In this document: positions 20,375 to 30,611 of the stretch, in pieces
Layout: every line of letters begins with the position of its first letter
Numbering within the stretch: position 1 is the first letter of the stretch
From: Dehalococcoidia bacterium
GTDB lineage: Bacteria > Chloroflexota > Dehalococcoidia > UBA2979
Assembly (NCBI GenBank): GCA_020634075.1
Contig: JACKCJ010000009.1
Span: forward strand, 31,997 to 95,996
Direction of reading: 5' to 3'
DNA: 64,000 bases
Notes under the pieces: model-generated
What the model was told of the DNA's origin: nothing
What the model saw: only the letters and a program-made list of their open reading frames with translations
Databases searched by the model: none
Program-made: the position numbers and the translations under genes

Positions 20375-21037
20375 CTACGTGCGTCGTCGTTGCGATGCGC
20401 CCTCCAATCCCCGGAGGTAGGCGCGGACCGAGAACTCGAAGCTCGCCTCGATCGACTGCGGCATGCCGAACGATCCGGCGAGTTCCTGGCTCACGAAGCC
20501 GTGGATGACGCTGCGCAGCCCCCGGATCGCATGCACGAGGTCGTCGTCCCGCAGCCCGAACGGCTCCAGGGCCGCACCGATCACGTCGAGGGTGGTCTGC
20601 GCCGCGGCGATGCGGCGCGTATCGGCCTCACCGGGTGCGCGGAGGGTGCTCTGGTAGAGCCCCGGGCGCTCCTTCGCGTAGGCGCGGTAGGCGTACGCGA
20701 TCGCCATGCAGGCGTCGTCGCCGCTCTTGCCGACGGCGGCTCGCGTCAGGCGCGCCGCCATCTCCTCGGACCCGAGTGCCGCCAGTCCGCGACGCAGGCC
20801 CTCGAGACCGTCGACGTGGTTGTAGAGCGAGGGGGGCCGGACGCCGACGCGCTGGGCGACGGCGGCCAGCGTGACCGCGTCGAGGCCGGCTTCGTCCGCG
20901 ATGGTCGCGGCGGCGTCGAGTACGGCGGCCTCGGAGAGCCCTGCCCGCGGCGCCATCAGCGGGCGTCCGGGGCGGGAGCGGCGAGCGGGTGGGCTGGGCG
21001 CATTAGCTACCTCCAGTAGCCTTTTAACTACTGTCAT
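20375..21037 (-). CDS. TetR/AcrR-family transcriptional regulator
   Basis: HTH LDAVTLAAVAQRVGVRPPSLYNHV preceded by RRSRPGRP. The first 12 codons from ATG 21037 are AT-rich, so ATG 20956 (MAPRAG) is an alternative start. Confidence 0.85.
   Translation of the reverse strand: MTVVKRLLEVANAPSPPARRSRPGRPLMAPRAGLSEAAVLDAAATIADEAGLDAVTLAAVAQRVGVRPPSLYNHVDGLEGLRRGLAALGSEEMAARLTRAAVGKSGDDACMAIAYAYRAYAKERPGLYQSTLRAPGEADTRRIAAAQTTLDVIGAALEPFGLRDDDLVHAIRGLRSVIHGFVSQELAGSFGMPQSIEASFEFSVRAYLRGLEGASQRRRT
21014..21033. promoter_or_regulatory. candidate operator: CAGTAG-N8-CTACTG inverted repeat in an AT-rich patch
   Basis: 6-bp arms at 21014-21019 and 21028-21033, inside the unusually AT-rich 21001-21050 at the 5' end of the TetR gene. 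Arms are short, so chance occurrence is possible. Confidence 0.3.
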
Positions 21038-21181
21038 TAGTTTTACGCCTCACCACGGGAACCGGCAAGCCCTGCCTGCCGAGACCTCACCGAATCTCGT
21101 GCTACGCCGGACGGCGGAGGCTCGAGGTCAGTGAATTCCCGGCCTGCGTGCGACCGGGGGTGACTGGTAAGATCGACGCTC

Positions 21182-22303
21182 ATGACCACTGACAGCGCCG
21201 ACCTCTACTCCGTCCTGGGCATCGACCGGAGCGCGTCACCCGACGAGGTGAAGCGTGCGTTCCGCAAGCTCGCGATGGAGTACCACCCGGACCGAAACAA
21301 GGCCCCGGACGCCGAGGCGAAGTTCAAGCAGGTGAACGCCGCCTACGAGGTGCTCTCCGACCCGGAGAAGCGCGCCCGCTACGACCGCTACGGCGCGGCC
21401 GGTGTCGGCCAGGGCGGAGCCCAGGGCTTCGCGGGCCACGAGGGCTTCGGCGGCTTCGGCGACATCTTCGATGCGTTCTTCCGCGGCACGGCCGGACGCC
21501 GTGCCGGGCCGCAGCCGGGCGCGGACCTCCACGCCACCGTCGTCATCGATCTCGAGGATGCCGTCCGCGGCGTGGAGCACGAGATCGCCTACGAGCGCGT
21601 CGAGCGCTGCCCCGAGTGCAAGGCCACCGGCCAGGAGGGCGCCGCGCCCAAGCCGACGTGCCCCGAGTGCGAGGGCCGCGGCGAACTGCGTCGCGTGCAG
21701 CAGTCGCTCTTCGGTCAGTTCGTGAACGTGACCACCTGCCCGCGCTGTCGCGGCGAGGGTTCCATCGTCGACAGCCCGTGCAAGAACTGTCGCGGCCAGG
21801 GGCAGACGCGCGTGAAGGTCTCGCGCGTCGTGAAGATCCCCGCCGGGATCGACACCGGCTCCCAGATCCGCCTCACCGGCGAGGGCGACCACGGGCCGCG
21901 CGGCGGTCCGCCGGGCAACCTGTACGTGGAGCTGCAGGTGCGCCCGCACGAGGTGTTCAAGCGCGTCGACAACGAGCTGGTCTACGACCTGCCGCTGAAC
22001 ATCGCGCAGGCCGCCCTCGGCGTGGAGACGAAGGTTCCGACGATCGACGGCGAAGAGGTCGACCTGAAGCTCAAGCCGGGCACCCAGACCGGCGAGGTGC
22101 ACATCGTCCGCAACAAGGGCGTCCCGCATCTCCGCGGCAACGGGCGCGGCGACCTCCTCGTCCGCACGCATGTCGTCACGCCGACGAAGCTCACGAAGGC
22201 GCAGAAGGAGCTGCTCGGCAAGCTGGCCGAGACGCTCGGCACGCCCGAGGTGCCGGACAGCGACCCGTCCGTCTTCGACCGCATCCGCAACGCCTTCTCG
22301 TAG
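21182..22303 (+). CDS. dnaJ: molecular chaperone DnaJ (Hsp40)
   Basis: J-domain with HPDRN, G/F region, and four CxxCxGxG repeats ([32 protein letters not shown]). Confidence 0.97.
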   Translation: MTTDSADLYSVLGIDRSASPDEVKRAFRKLAMEYHPDRNKAPDAEAKFKQVNAAYEVLSDPEKRARYDRYGAAGVGQGGAQGFAGHEGFGGFGDIFDAFFRGTAGRRAGPQPGADLHATVVIDLEDAVRGVEHEIAYERVERCPECKATGQEGAAPKPTCPECEGRGELRRVQQSLFGQFVNVTTCPRCRGEGSIVDSPCKNCRGQGQTRVKVSRVVKIPAGIDTGSQIRLTGEGDHGPRGGPPGNLYVELQVRPHEVFKRVDNELVYDLPLNIAQAALGVETKVPTIDGEEVDLKLKPGTQTGEVHIVRNKGVPHLRGNGRGDLLVRTHVVTPTKLTKAQKELLGKLAETLGTPEVPDSDPSVFDRIRNAFS

Positions 22304-22330
22304 CGCGCGCCCACTCGCACCGAGGTATCC

Positions 22331-23269
22331 ATGCCCACACCCGACGACCGCTGGTTCGAGGCGGTCGCGCGGGTCGACGCGCGTGACGCCGACCTCGTGG
22401 CGGACATGCTCACGGACGCCGGCGCGACCGGCGTCAGCATCGAGCCGGCGATCCACGTGCAGGACAACGCCGACTTCGCGTACGAGGAGCTCATGGACGA
22501 GCCGTGGACCGTGCGCGCCACCTTCGTCGAGCCGTTCGACGAGGCTGAGCAGGCCGCGGTCCGCGCGACCATCGAGGGCCTCGAGCTCGCCGGGACGCTG
22601 ACCTCGTTCACCATCGCCGAGGCCGAGCCGGTGGACTGGGCGGAGGAGTGGAAGAAGTTCTACCGCCGCCAGCGCATCGGCGAGCGACTCGTGATCGTGC
22701 CGTCGTGGGAGGAGTACCAGCCCGCCGAGGGCGAGGTCGCCGTGCTCCTCGACCCCGGGGCCGCCTTCGGCACCGGCGAACACGAGACGACGCGCCTCTG
22801 CCTCGCCGCACTCGAGGCGCGCGTCCAGCCCGGCCAGCGCGTGCTCGACGTGGGCGCCGGCTCAGGGATCCTCGCGATCACCGCTCGACTCCTCGGCGCG
22901 GGCGAGGTGCACGCGATCGATATCGACGCGGAGACGGTGCGCGTCGCCGTGGAGAACGCCGAGACGAACGGCGTAGCGCGCGACATCGAGTTCGCCGCCG
23001 GCTCCGTCGGCGACCTCTGGCCGTGGAAGGACCGCGCCGACCGAGCGCCCGAGGGGTACGACATCGTCCTCGCAAACATCTCCTCGACGGTGATCGGCCT
23101 GCTTGCCGACGACCTCGCGCGGGCCGTCGCGCCCGGCGGGCTGCTCATCGCGAGCGGCTTCATCCTCCGCGACGCCGACGAGGTACGCGGAGCGCTGACC
23201 GGGGTCGGCCTCACCGAGGTGAACTACCGCACCGAGGGCAACTGGGGCTGCCTGGTGATGAGCCGCTAG
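22331..23269 (+). CDS. prmA: ribosomal protein L11 methyltransferase PrmA
   Basis: 312 aa. DPGAAFGTGEHETT and VLDVGAGSGILAI SAM motif. Directly follows dnaJ. Confidence 0.92.
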   Translation: MPTPDDRWFEAVARVDARDADLVADMLTDAGATGVSIEPAIHVQDNADFAYEELMDEPWTVRATFVEPFDEAEQAAVRATIEGLELAGTLTSFTIAEAEPVDWAEEWKKFYRRQRIGERLVIVPSWEEYQPAEGEVAVLLDPGAAFGTGEHETTRLCLAALEARVQPGQRVLDVGAGSGILAITARLLGAGEVHAIDIDAETVRVAVENAETNGVARDIEFAAGSVGDLWPWKDRADRAPEGYDIVLANISSTVIGLLADDLARAVAPGGLLIASGFILRDADEVRGALTGVGLTEVNYRTEGNWGCLVMSR

Positions 23270-23332
23270 CCTGTCGCTCGCCGTCAGTCGCCTGACGGCA
23301 AGTCGTTGCATCGTCACGTATGCTCCGACGCG

Positions 23333-24976
23333 ATGAGGGCCCTCACGACCCTGCTGTTCCTCGCCGCGACGGTGATCGCCTGCGGCGGCGGGGAGTCCGC
23401 GGAGCCAGCCGACACGACCGCGACGGCGACCGTCGCGGCTGCCACGCCCGACCTCGACGGGGTCGGCGACGTCGAAGCGACCGCGCTCGCATTCCTCGAC
23501 AGCTCCCTCGGCACGACGCTCGCGATCTCGGTCGCTGAGAACGACGCCGGCCTCCAGTGGATCGATGTCGCGCTCGACGAGGCAGGCGACATCAAGCTCC
23601 TCACCGCTCAGACGGAGGACGGCCTCCTGGCGATCAGCCTCGAGGGTGACGCTTTCACCATCACCGCACCCGAGCATGATCTCGTCGTCCGCGGAATCGT
23701 CGGAGCGAGCGAGGTGACGGTCATCCGCGGCGGCGAGGCGACGGCCCTCCCGGTCGACGCCACCGCAGGCCGGGACGGCCACACCGGCGGATGGTGGCCG
23801 ACCTCGTACGACCCGCCAGCGACGATCGATCCATCGGTCCGCCGGCAGGAAGCGAACCCGCTCGAATACGTCATCAATCGCCCGACGAGGATCACCTCGG
23901 AGGTGGTCGTCGACGTTGCGACGGAGACGGCCGACGGCTTCCTCGACCCGATCGCCGACGCGATCGGCTTCGGGCTGACGGCCGGCTGTGCGGCCGATAC
24001 GTCCGGGCTCGGCTCGCTGTACTACAGCTGCCAGCCGATCAGCGACTCGCAGGTCACCGTCACGACCCAGGTCGAACTGCCGACGCCCGAGAACTGGCAG
24101 GGCCGCAACCAGGTCTTCGCCAGCAGGGAGCGCTGCGAGGCCTGGGTCTCGTACATCAACAAGCACCGCTCGGCGTGGTCGTTCGTCGGACTCGCGGTCG
24201 CGCCGGCGCTCGGCCTCGCCGACCCGTGGGCGGCGATCTCCACGAAGGTGACGGCCGGCGCGATGGGGTGGGTGCTGAACCGCTCCGCCTCGGTGCCGTG
24301 CGGCACGATCACGGTCGCGGACGAGTACGTGAACGAGCAGATCGCCGCGCACCGAGGACTCACGATCCGCCTCGACGTCAGCGCGGTCGCGTACGAGTGG
24401 TCGTTCAGCACCGACTCGGGCGATGTCCGTCCGTTCGCACCCGTGAACAAGGCGGACGGCCCGCTGGTGCTGGTCGCAACGCCGATCGACGGGGCGACGC
24501 CCGAGGCAACCGGGTCCACGTCGAACGGTGACTTCGACGGCCTGTACCGCGGGTCGGCAGGGCTCTACGAGTACGAGGAGGGCGACGGCACCATCGTCGA
24601 GCGCGATGGGTTGGAGCTGGTCGTAAGCAACGGACGGGTCGTCGACCTCCGCGGCGGGACCGACGTGAAGGACACGCCTACGGAAACCGGTGGGGGCAGG
24701 GTGCTCTGCCGCTCGGACGTCTCGCTCGACCTCCAGCTGATGGAGCCGGTCGACCTCGTGGACGGGGCCGCCGAGGCGGCGATCGAATGGCGGGTCGAGC
24801 AGTCGATGGGGCGACCGACCGCCGCCGCCAACGAGGGCTGCGACCCCGATCTCGCCGGCAACCAGACCTTCCCGCCGCTCCAGGCGCGGATCTCGATCGA
24901 AGGCGAGATCGCGTTCGTCGAGGTCTTCTTCAACGGCCAGTCCCTCGCGCCGCCCTTCGTCCTCGTCCGTCAGTAG
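23333..24976 (+). CDS. putative lipoprotein, unknown function (547 aa)
   Basis: MRALTTLLFLAATVIAC signal plus lipobox. No recognisable domain by eye. TTG 23306 is an alternative start. Confidence 0.7.
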   Translation: MRALTTLLFLAATVIACGGGESAEPADTTATATVAAATPDLDGVGDVEATALAFLDSSLGTTLAISVAENDAGLQWIDVALDEAGDIKLLTAQTEDGLLAISLEGDAFTITAPEHDLVVRGIVGASEVTVIRGGEATALPVDATAGRDGHTGGWWPTSYDPPATIDPSVRRQEANPLEYVINRPTRITSEVVVDVATETADGFLDPIADAIGFGLTAGCAADTSGLGSLYYSCQPISDSQVTVTTQVELPTPENWQGRNQVFASRERCEAWVSYINKHRSAWSFVGLAVAPALGLADPWAAISTKVTAGAMGWVLNRSASVPCGTITVADEYVNEQIAAHRGLTIRLDVSAVAYEWSFSTDSGDVRPFAPVNKADGPLVLVATPIDGATPEATGSTSNGDFDGLYRGSAGLYEYEEGDGTIVERDGLELVVSNGRVVDLRGGTDVKDTPTETGGGRVLCRSDVSLDLQLMEPVDLVDGAAEAAIEWRVEQSMGRPTAAANEGCDPDLAGNQTFPPLQARISIEGEIAFVEVFFNGQSLAPPFVLVRQ

Positions 24977-25018
24977 ACTCGACCTCGGTCACATACCCAC
25001 CGCCGACCGAGGGACGCC

Positions 25019-25399
25019 GTGCGCAACCGCTGCCTGTCCGACTGGGTGCTCATCGCGATCGCCGTCGAGAAGGCGATCCAGCACGTCTTCATCACCTATG
25101 GCTTCGCGTTCGACCGGTTCGAGCTGCGCGACCAGGTCGCGCCACCGTGGGAGATCCTGCTCGTCACCGGCGGGATCGTCGCCGTCCTGTTCGTCGTCGC
25201 GCTCATCGGGCTCCTGCGATGGGAGCCGTGGGCGCCGAGGCTGCTCGTCGGGCTGGCGGTCTTCGACATCGTCGGGGAGTTCGTCGGGCAGGGGACGATC
25301 ATGATCGAGATCGTCGTGTCGTTCCTCGTGGCGGTCGTGCTGCTGATCCTCGCGCTGCGGGCGATTCCCCGGTACCAGCGCGGTACGGCGGCGGCCTGA
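25019..25399 (+). CDS. small integral membrane protein (about 4 TM)
   Basis: 126 aa, GTG start, hydrophobic helices. Function unknown. Confidence 0.6.
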   Translation: MRNRCLSDWVLIAIAVEKAIQHVFITYGFAFDRFELRDQVAPPWEILLVTGGIVAVLFVVALIGLLRWEPWAPRLLVGLAVFDIVGEFVGQGTIMIEIVVSFLVAVVLLILALRAIPRYQRGTAAA

Positions 25400-25400
25400 G

Positions 25401-26450
25401 CTACTCCGGCAGGAAGGCTCGCTTCGTCCACGTCATCGGGTCGACGTTCACGCCGTAGATCGTCATCTCCCAGTGCAGGTGCGGCCCGGTCGAGAAGCCC
25501 GTCGAGCCCATCTTCGCGATGACGTCGCCGGCGTCGACGATCTGCCCCGGCGTGACGTCGATCTCGAGGAGGTGGTGGTAGCCCGTCACCACCCCGGCGC
25601 CGTGATCGAGGAGCACCGAGTTCCCGCGGATCGGCATGGCCCCCGTCCACGCGACGCGGCCCGCCGCCGCGGCATGGATCGGCGTCCCCGCGTCGGCGGC
25701 GAGGTCCACGCCGGAGTGCTGACCGGTCACCGGCCCACCGTTGATGGACCGGCCCTGCCCGAACGCGGTGGTCTGGATGAACTTGTCGACCGGGATGCGG
25801 AGCTCGCCGTTCCACCTCGGGAGCGCCTGGAACAGGTTGAACTGCTCGTACGTGCGGAGGGCGGCCTCGATCTCGGCGGCCTCGGGCGTGAGGACCGCGG
25901 TCACCTCGGGACTTGCCGTGAGGTAGTCCACCGGCCGATCGACGACGACCACGTTGAACGGCAGCTCGACCTCGGAGAGCGCGCGACCGGCGTCGTCTCG
26001 CGTGTCGATCGTCGCCGTCGCCGGACCGAGCGGCTCGAGGAGCCCCGCACCGACGACGCACCACAACAGCCCGTCCCCCGTCGCGAGGAGGGGGATGCGC
26101 TGGCCCAACATGCGCGCGCTACCGGAGGCCGCACCCTCCTGCTTCACGCGCAGGATCGCGGTCTCGCCCTGCCCGACGTCGGGCGGGTCGAGGGTGACCT
26201 CGGGCGGTTGCGGGGCCACGGGCGTCCCGGTCACGGAGGCATCGGGCGAGTCGGTGGGGACGGGTGTCTCCGGCGTGGGGCTCGGCGTCGGCGTCGCCGT
26301 GCCGAGGATGCTCAGGCCACCATCCGTGGGGTCATCCTCGATGAGGCCGCACGCGGCGAGGGGCGCAGCGAGCGCTGCCATTGCGGAGGCGCGGAGGGCG
26401 CGGCGCAGCACGGTCCGGCGGGAGATCCGAGGACGCGGCGCGTGCTCCAT
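25401..26450 (-). CDS. M23 (LytM-type) metallopeptidase, Tat-signal lipoprotein
   Basis: RISRRTVLRRAL...LAAC signal. HSGVDLAADAGTPIHAAAAGRV and GPHLHWEM zinc-ligand motifs. Confidence 0.88.
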   Translation of the reverse strand: MEHAPRPRISRRTVLRRALRASAMAALAAPLAACGLIEDDPTDGGLSILGTATPTPSPTPETPVPTDSPDASVTGTPVAPQPPEVTLDPPDVGQGETAILRVKQEGAASGSARMLGQRIPLLATGDGLLWCVVGAGLLEPLGPATATIDTRDDAGRALSEVELPFNVVVVDRPVDYLTASPEVTAVLTPEAAEIEAALRTYEQFNLFQALPRWNGELRIPVDKFIQTTAFGQGRSINGGPVTGQHSGVDLAADAGTPIHAAAAGRVAWTGAMPIRGNSVLLDHGAGVVTGYHHLLEIDVTPGQIVDAGDVIAKMGSTGFSTGPHLHWEMTIYGVNVDPMTWTKRAFLPE

Positions 26451-26538
26451 GCAGACCCGTCTGCGCTGGTGGTCGGGAGCCCCATCTTACCGCCCGTGCC
26501 GGTGTGGGCCTTGCAGCGGTCGTGCCGCGCCGAGCGAG

Positions 26539-28095
26539 TCAGCGATCGAGGTCGATGTGGGAGAGGTTGTGCACCGCCGGGCCGTGCAGCACGTCGCCTT
26601 CACGGGAGAACGAGGACCCGTGGCACGGACAGTCCCACGTCCGCATCTCGGCGTTCCAGCCGACGACGCAGCCGAGATGCGTGCAGATCGCGGACACCGC
26701 GTGCAGCGTGCCGTCCTCGTCACGACTGACGGCCGCGCGCTCACCGTTCAGCTCACCCACGGACGCTGTCCCCGGCTCGATCGCGTCGAGGTCGAGGATG
26801 CCGCCGGGGAGGTAGCGATCGGCCAGCGACTTCGCGGTTTCCACGACCTCACCGGCCGTCGTTCGGGCCGACGCCAGGGGCGTGAATCGGGTCGTGCTGA
26901 ACAGCTCACCGATGGGGTTCGGCCGCCCGAGGATTGACGACACGAGGATCTCCGCGGCGACATGGCCGTTGGTGATCCCCCATGCGCTGAAGCCCGTGGC
27001 CACGAGGACACGGTCGCGCCCTGGCAGCGCTGGCCCGACGAGCGGCAGGCCGTCCACCGAGTCGAAGTCCTCGTTCGTCCAGCGGTAGCGGACCTCGGTG
27101 ATCGGGAACCGCTCGCGCGCCTCGGCTTCCAGGTCGTCGAAGAGCGCGGCGGTGTCGCGCGAGCCGGGGGTGAACGAGTCGCCGAGGAAGACCAGCCAGC
27201 GGCCTCGCTCATCCTCGAACGAACGGAACGAGCGGGTCGGAGCGTCCGCCGCGATGTACATGCCGTCGAGCCGTGGGCCGTCCACACGCGCCGCGAGGAC
27301 CGCGTGCGTGCGGGGCTTCGTCCGTGCGAAGTAGAGACCGCGATCGAGGAACGGCAGGTGAGTCGCGACGATCACGTGGCGCGCGAGGAGGGTGTGGCCG
27401 CTGTGCGTGGTCACGCGACACGGGTCGCCGTGGTCGACATCCGCGGCAACCGTGTCCTCGAAGATCGCTCCGCGCTCGGCGACGCGCGCAGCGAGTGCCT
27501 CGAGGTAGGCGTACGGGTCGAACTGCGCCTGCTCGTCGAACGCGACGGCGCCGACGTGCTCGTACGGGATGTCGAGGTGCGACTCGAACCGAGCCGGGAG
27601 GCCCGCCTCGCGCGCCGCCTCGACCTCCTGCCGCACGTCGTCGAGCGACGCGCGCTCGGTCGCGTAGGTGTAGGCCGGTTGTGCCTCGAAGTGGACATCG
27701 GCGTTCAGGCGCGCAGCGCGCTCGCGGATCGCGACGACTGCCGACTGGTTCGCCGTCGCGTACAACCGGGCGGCCTCGGCGCCATAGGTCGAACGCAAGG
27801 ACGCGTACTTCAGCGCGTGCTGCGACGTCACCTTCGCGGTCGAACGCCCCGTCACCTGCCGTCCGACGCGGCGGGCCTCGATGACGGCAACATCCAGCCC
27901 GGCATCCTGCAGCATCAGCGCCGCGGACAGACCAACGATGCCCCCGCCGATGACGGCCACGTCGAGCGTGCGCTCGACGCCCCCGTCGCCATTTCCGTCA
28001 CCCAGGCTCGAGTAGCGTCGCGAGGGCTCGGCGGCTGTCCAGAGGCTCGGCGGCTCGTCGTGCGGGGGCGGAGGCGGCTGCGATGGTTGAGTCAC
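26539..28095 (-). CDS. FAD-dependent oxidoreductase fused to a C-terminal Rieske [2Fe-2S] domain
   Basis: VAVIGGGIVGLSAA dinucleotide fold. CTHLGC...CPCHGS Rieske motif at the C-terminus. Confidence 0.88.
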   Translation of the reverse strand: MTQPSQPPPPPHDEPPSLWTAAEPSRRYSSLGDGNGDGGVERTLDVAVIGGGIVGLSAALMLQDAGLDVAVIEARRVGRQVTGRSTAKVTSQHALKYASLRSTYGAEAARLYATANQSAVVAIRERAARLNADVHFEAQPAYTYATERASLDDVRQEVEAAREAGLPARFESHLDIPYEHVGAVAFDEQAQFDPYAYLEALAARVAERGAIFEDTVAADVDHGDPCRVTTHSGHTLLARHVIVATHLPFLDRGLYFARTKPRTHAVLAARVDGPRLDGMYIAADAPTRSFRSFEDERGRWLVFLGDSFTPGSRDTAALFDDLEAEARERFPITEVRYRWTNEDFDSVDGLPLVGPALPGRDRVLVATGFSAWGITNGHVAAEILVSSILGRPNPIGELFSTTRFTPLASARTTAGEVVETAKSLADRYLPGGILDLDAIEPGTASVGELNGERAAVSRDEDGTLHAVSAICTHLGCVVGWNAEMRTWDCPCHGSSFSREGDVLHGPAVHNLSHIDLDR

Positions 28096-28257
28096 GCGGG
28101 CACCGTACGGACGGGCGCATCGTGAAGCTGTGGCGGTAGCGCGACGGGAGTGCCGAAGGCGCGTCAGGCGGACACGCGGGATGTACGGAGGAGGAATGCC
28201 GGAGTGTCCGGACCCCGCTTGCAGGCTCCGAAACCGTCAGGTGGCGCCTTCCGAAAT

Positions 28258-28266
28258 TGCTATACT
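28258..28266 (+). promoter_or_regulatory. candidate extended -10 element (TGcTATACT) upstream of MoxR operon
   Basis: TGC TATACT at 28258-28266, about 115 nt upstream of ATG 28383. No good -35 hexamer is seen. Confidence 0.35.
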
Positions 28267-28382
28267 CCGCGAGAAGTAGGGGTGCGGCGGAACCCCGGTC
28301 AGTCTCCCACCTCTTCGGCACGAACCACGGAAAGACGGCTCCCTCAACGGGGGCGGTCTGGCTGTCAGTCTCCGGAGGCTCC

Positions 28383-29339
28383 ATGGAAGACCCCCGAATC
28401 GTCGCCGAACGAGTGCTCGCCAACGTCGAGCGCGTGATCATCGGGAAGAACAACGAGGCGCGGATCGCCCTCGTCACGCTGCTCTGCCGCGGTCACCTGC
28501 TCATCGAGGATGTCCCCGGCGTGGGCAAGACGATGCTGGCGCGCGCCCTCGCCGTCTCCACGGGGTGCCGCTTCTCCCGCATCCAGTTCACCCCGGACCT
28601 GCTCCCGACCGACGTCACCGGCGTCTCGATCTACCAGCAGAACACCGGTGAGTTCAGCTTCCGCCCGGGCCCGATCATGGCCGAGATCGTCCTCGCCGAC
28701 GAGGTGAACCGCGCGACGCCGAAGACACAGTCCGCGCTCCTCGAGGCGATGGAGGAACACCAGGTCACGGTTGATGGCATCACGCACCGGCTGCCGCAGC
28801 CGCACATGGTGATGGCGACGCAGAACCCGATCGAATACGAAGGCACGTTCCCGCTGCCGGAGGCGCAGCTCGACCGCTTCCTCATGCGCATCCACCTCGG
28901 CTACCCGTCCCCCACGGACGAGGTGCTGATCATGGACGCGCAGCAGGAGCGCCACCCAATCGAGACGCTGGAGCAGGTGATCACCCCCGCCGAGGTGACC
29001 GAGCTGCAGGCCGAGGTCGGCAAGATCTACGTCGACCCGCTGATCAAGCAGTACATCGTGAGCCTGTCGAACGCGACGCGTGACCACGACGCGGCGTACC
29101 TCGGCGCGTCGCCGCGCGGTTCGCTCGGCCTCATGCGCGCGGCGCAGGCGTTCGCCATGCTCGACGGCCGCGACTTCGTCCAGCCGGACGACGTGAAGGT
29201 GCTCGCCTACCCCGTGCTGGGGCACCGCGTGATCGTGAGCCCGAGCGCCCGCGTCCGCGACATCGACAGCCTCCAGATCGTGGAAGAGGTCCTGCAGCGC
29301 GTCGCCGTCCCCGGCGTGCGCGCGCGAGGCGGGGCGTAG
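28383..29339 (+). CDS. MoxR-family AAA+ ATPase
   Basis: 318 aa from ATG 28383 (GGAGG at 28374-28378). Walker A DVPGVGKT, Walker [31 protein letters not shown]. Confidence 0.92.
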   Translation: MEDPRIVAERVLANVERVIIGKNNEARIALVTLLCRGHLLIEDVPGVGKTMLARALAVSTGCRFSRIQFTPDLLPTDVTGVSIYQQNTGEFSFRPGPIMAEIVLADEVNRATPKTQSALLEAMEEHQVTVDGITHRLPQPHMVMATQNPIEYEGTFPLPEAQLDRFLMRIHLGYPSPTDEVLIMDAQQERHPIETLEQVITPAEVTELQAEVGKIYVDPLIKQYIVSLSNATRDHDAAYLGASPRGSLGLMRAAQAFAMLDGRDFVQPDDVKVLAYPVLGHRVIVSPSARVRDIDSLQIVEEVLQRVAVPGVRARGGA

Positions 29340-29342
29340 GCC

Positions 29343-30611
29343 ATGCCCGAGGAGCACCGTCTCCTCGATCGGCTCCGACGTCACACGAACGTGACGGTGA
29401 CGGCGCTCGTCGCCGTGCTGTGCATCATCGTGGGCTTCGCCACCGGCTTCTGGCTGCTGTTCCGCCTCTCGTACGTCATCCTCATCGCGATCCCGCTCGC
29501 GTGGTTCTGGACGCGGGAGATGGCGAAGGGCCTCGAGGTCGAGGTGCAGCGCACCGACCAGCGGGTCACACAGGGCCACCCGATCGAGGGCCGCGTGTGG
29601 ATCCGCTCACGCTCCCTGCTCCCGAAGGTGTGGCTGGAGATCGAGGACCCCTCGACGCTCCCGGGGCACGCCGCGCGGCGTGTCCTCACGCTCCCGGTGC
29701 GCGGCAGCGCGTCGTGGTCGTACCGGACGCGGACGCGGCTGCGTGGCGTCTACCAGGTCGGCCCGGTGACGGTGACCGCACGCGACCCGTTCGGGTTCTT
29801 CCGTGTGACGAGGACGTTCGGAGACTCGGCGTCGATCCTCGTCTACCCCTCGGCGCCGGAGTTGCCGAACTTCTACGTCCCCCCGGCCAACCTCCCCGGC
29901 GAGGGGCGCATCCGCCGACGCACCCACAACGTGACGCCGAACGTCTCCGGCCTGCGCCAGTACGCCCCCGGCGACTCCTACAACCGCATCCACTGGCCCT
30001 CCACCGCCCGCATGGGCCAGCCGATCGTGAAGCAGTTCGAGCTCGACCCGGCGTCCGACATCTGGCTGGTCCTGGACCTCGAGCGGACGGCGCATGTCGG
30101 CGAGGGCGAAGAGTCAACCGAGGAGATGGCGGTCTCGGTCGCCGCCTCGGTTGCCCGGTACTTCATCCAGCAGAACCGCTCGGTCGGGATGATCACCTTC
30201 GGCGATCGCCTGCGGGTCGACGAACCCGATCGCGGTCAGAACCACTACACGCGGATGCTCGAGTCCCTCGCCCTCGCGCGAGCCGTCGGTGACGCGCCGC
30301 TTTCGAACCTGCTCCTCGAGGAATCTCGACGCTTCGGCCGCCACACGACCGTGCTCGTGATCACGCCGTCGACCTCGGAGGAGTGGCCGCTCACGCTGAT
30401 CTCACTCGCCGGGCGCGGGGTGAAGGTCGCCGCGATCCTCATCGAGGCGAACACCTTCGGCGACGCGCCCAGCCCGCTCGACGTGTACGGGACGCTCGCG
30501 TCCGGCGGCGTACACACGCTGACCGTGAAGCGGCGCGACGACCTCGGGCGCGTGCTCAGCGCCGGCGCCGATACCGACCTTGCGCCGGCGCGGACCGGGG
30601 GAGGCGCCTGA
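29343..30611 (+). CDS. DUF58-family protein (vWA-like, N-terminal TM)
   Basis: Starts 3 nt after the MoxR stop. GLRQYAPGDSYNRIHWPSTAR signature typical of DUF58. Confidence 0.85.
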   Translation: MPEEHRLLDRLRRHTNVTVTALVAVLCIIVGFATGFWLLFRLSYVILIAIPLAWFWTREMAKGLEVEVQRTDQRVTQGHPIEGRVWIRSRSLLPKVWLEIEDPSTLPGHAARRVLTLPVRGSASWSYRTRTRLRGVYQVGPVTVTARDPFGFFRVTRTFGDSASILVYPSAPELPNFYVPPANLPGEGRIRRRTHNVTPNVSGLRQYAPGDSYNRIHWPSTARMGQPIVKQFELDPASDIWLVLDLERTAHVGEGEESTEEMAVSVAASVARYFIQQNRSVGMITFGDRLRVDEPDRGQNHYTRMLESLALARAVGDAPLSNLLLEESRRFGRHTTVLVITPSTSEEWPLTLISLAGRGVKVAAILIEANTFGDAPSPLDVYGTLASGGVHTLTVKRRDDLGRVLSAGADTDLAPARTGGGA

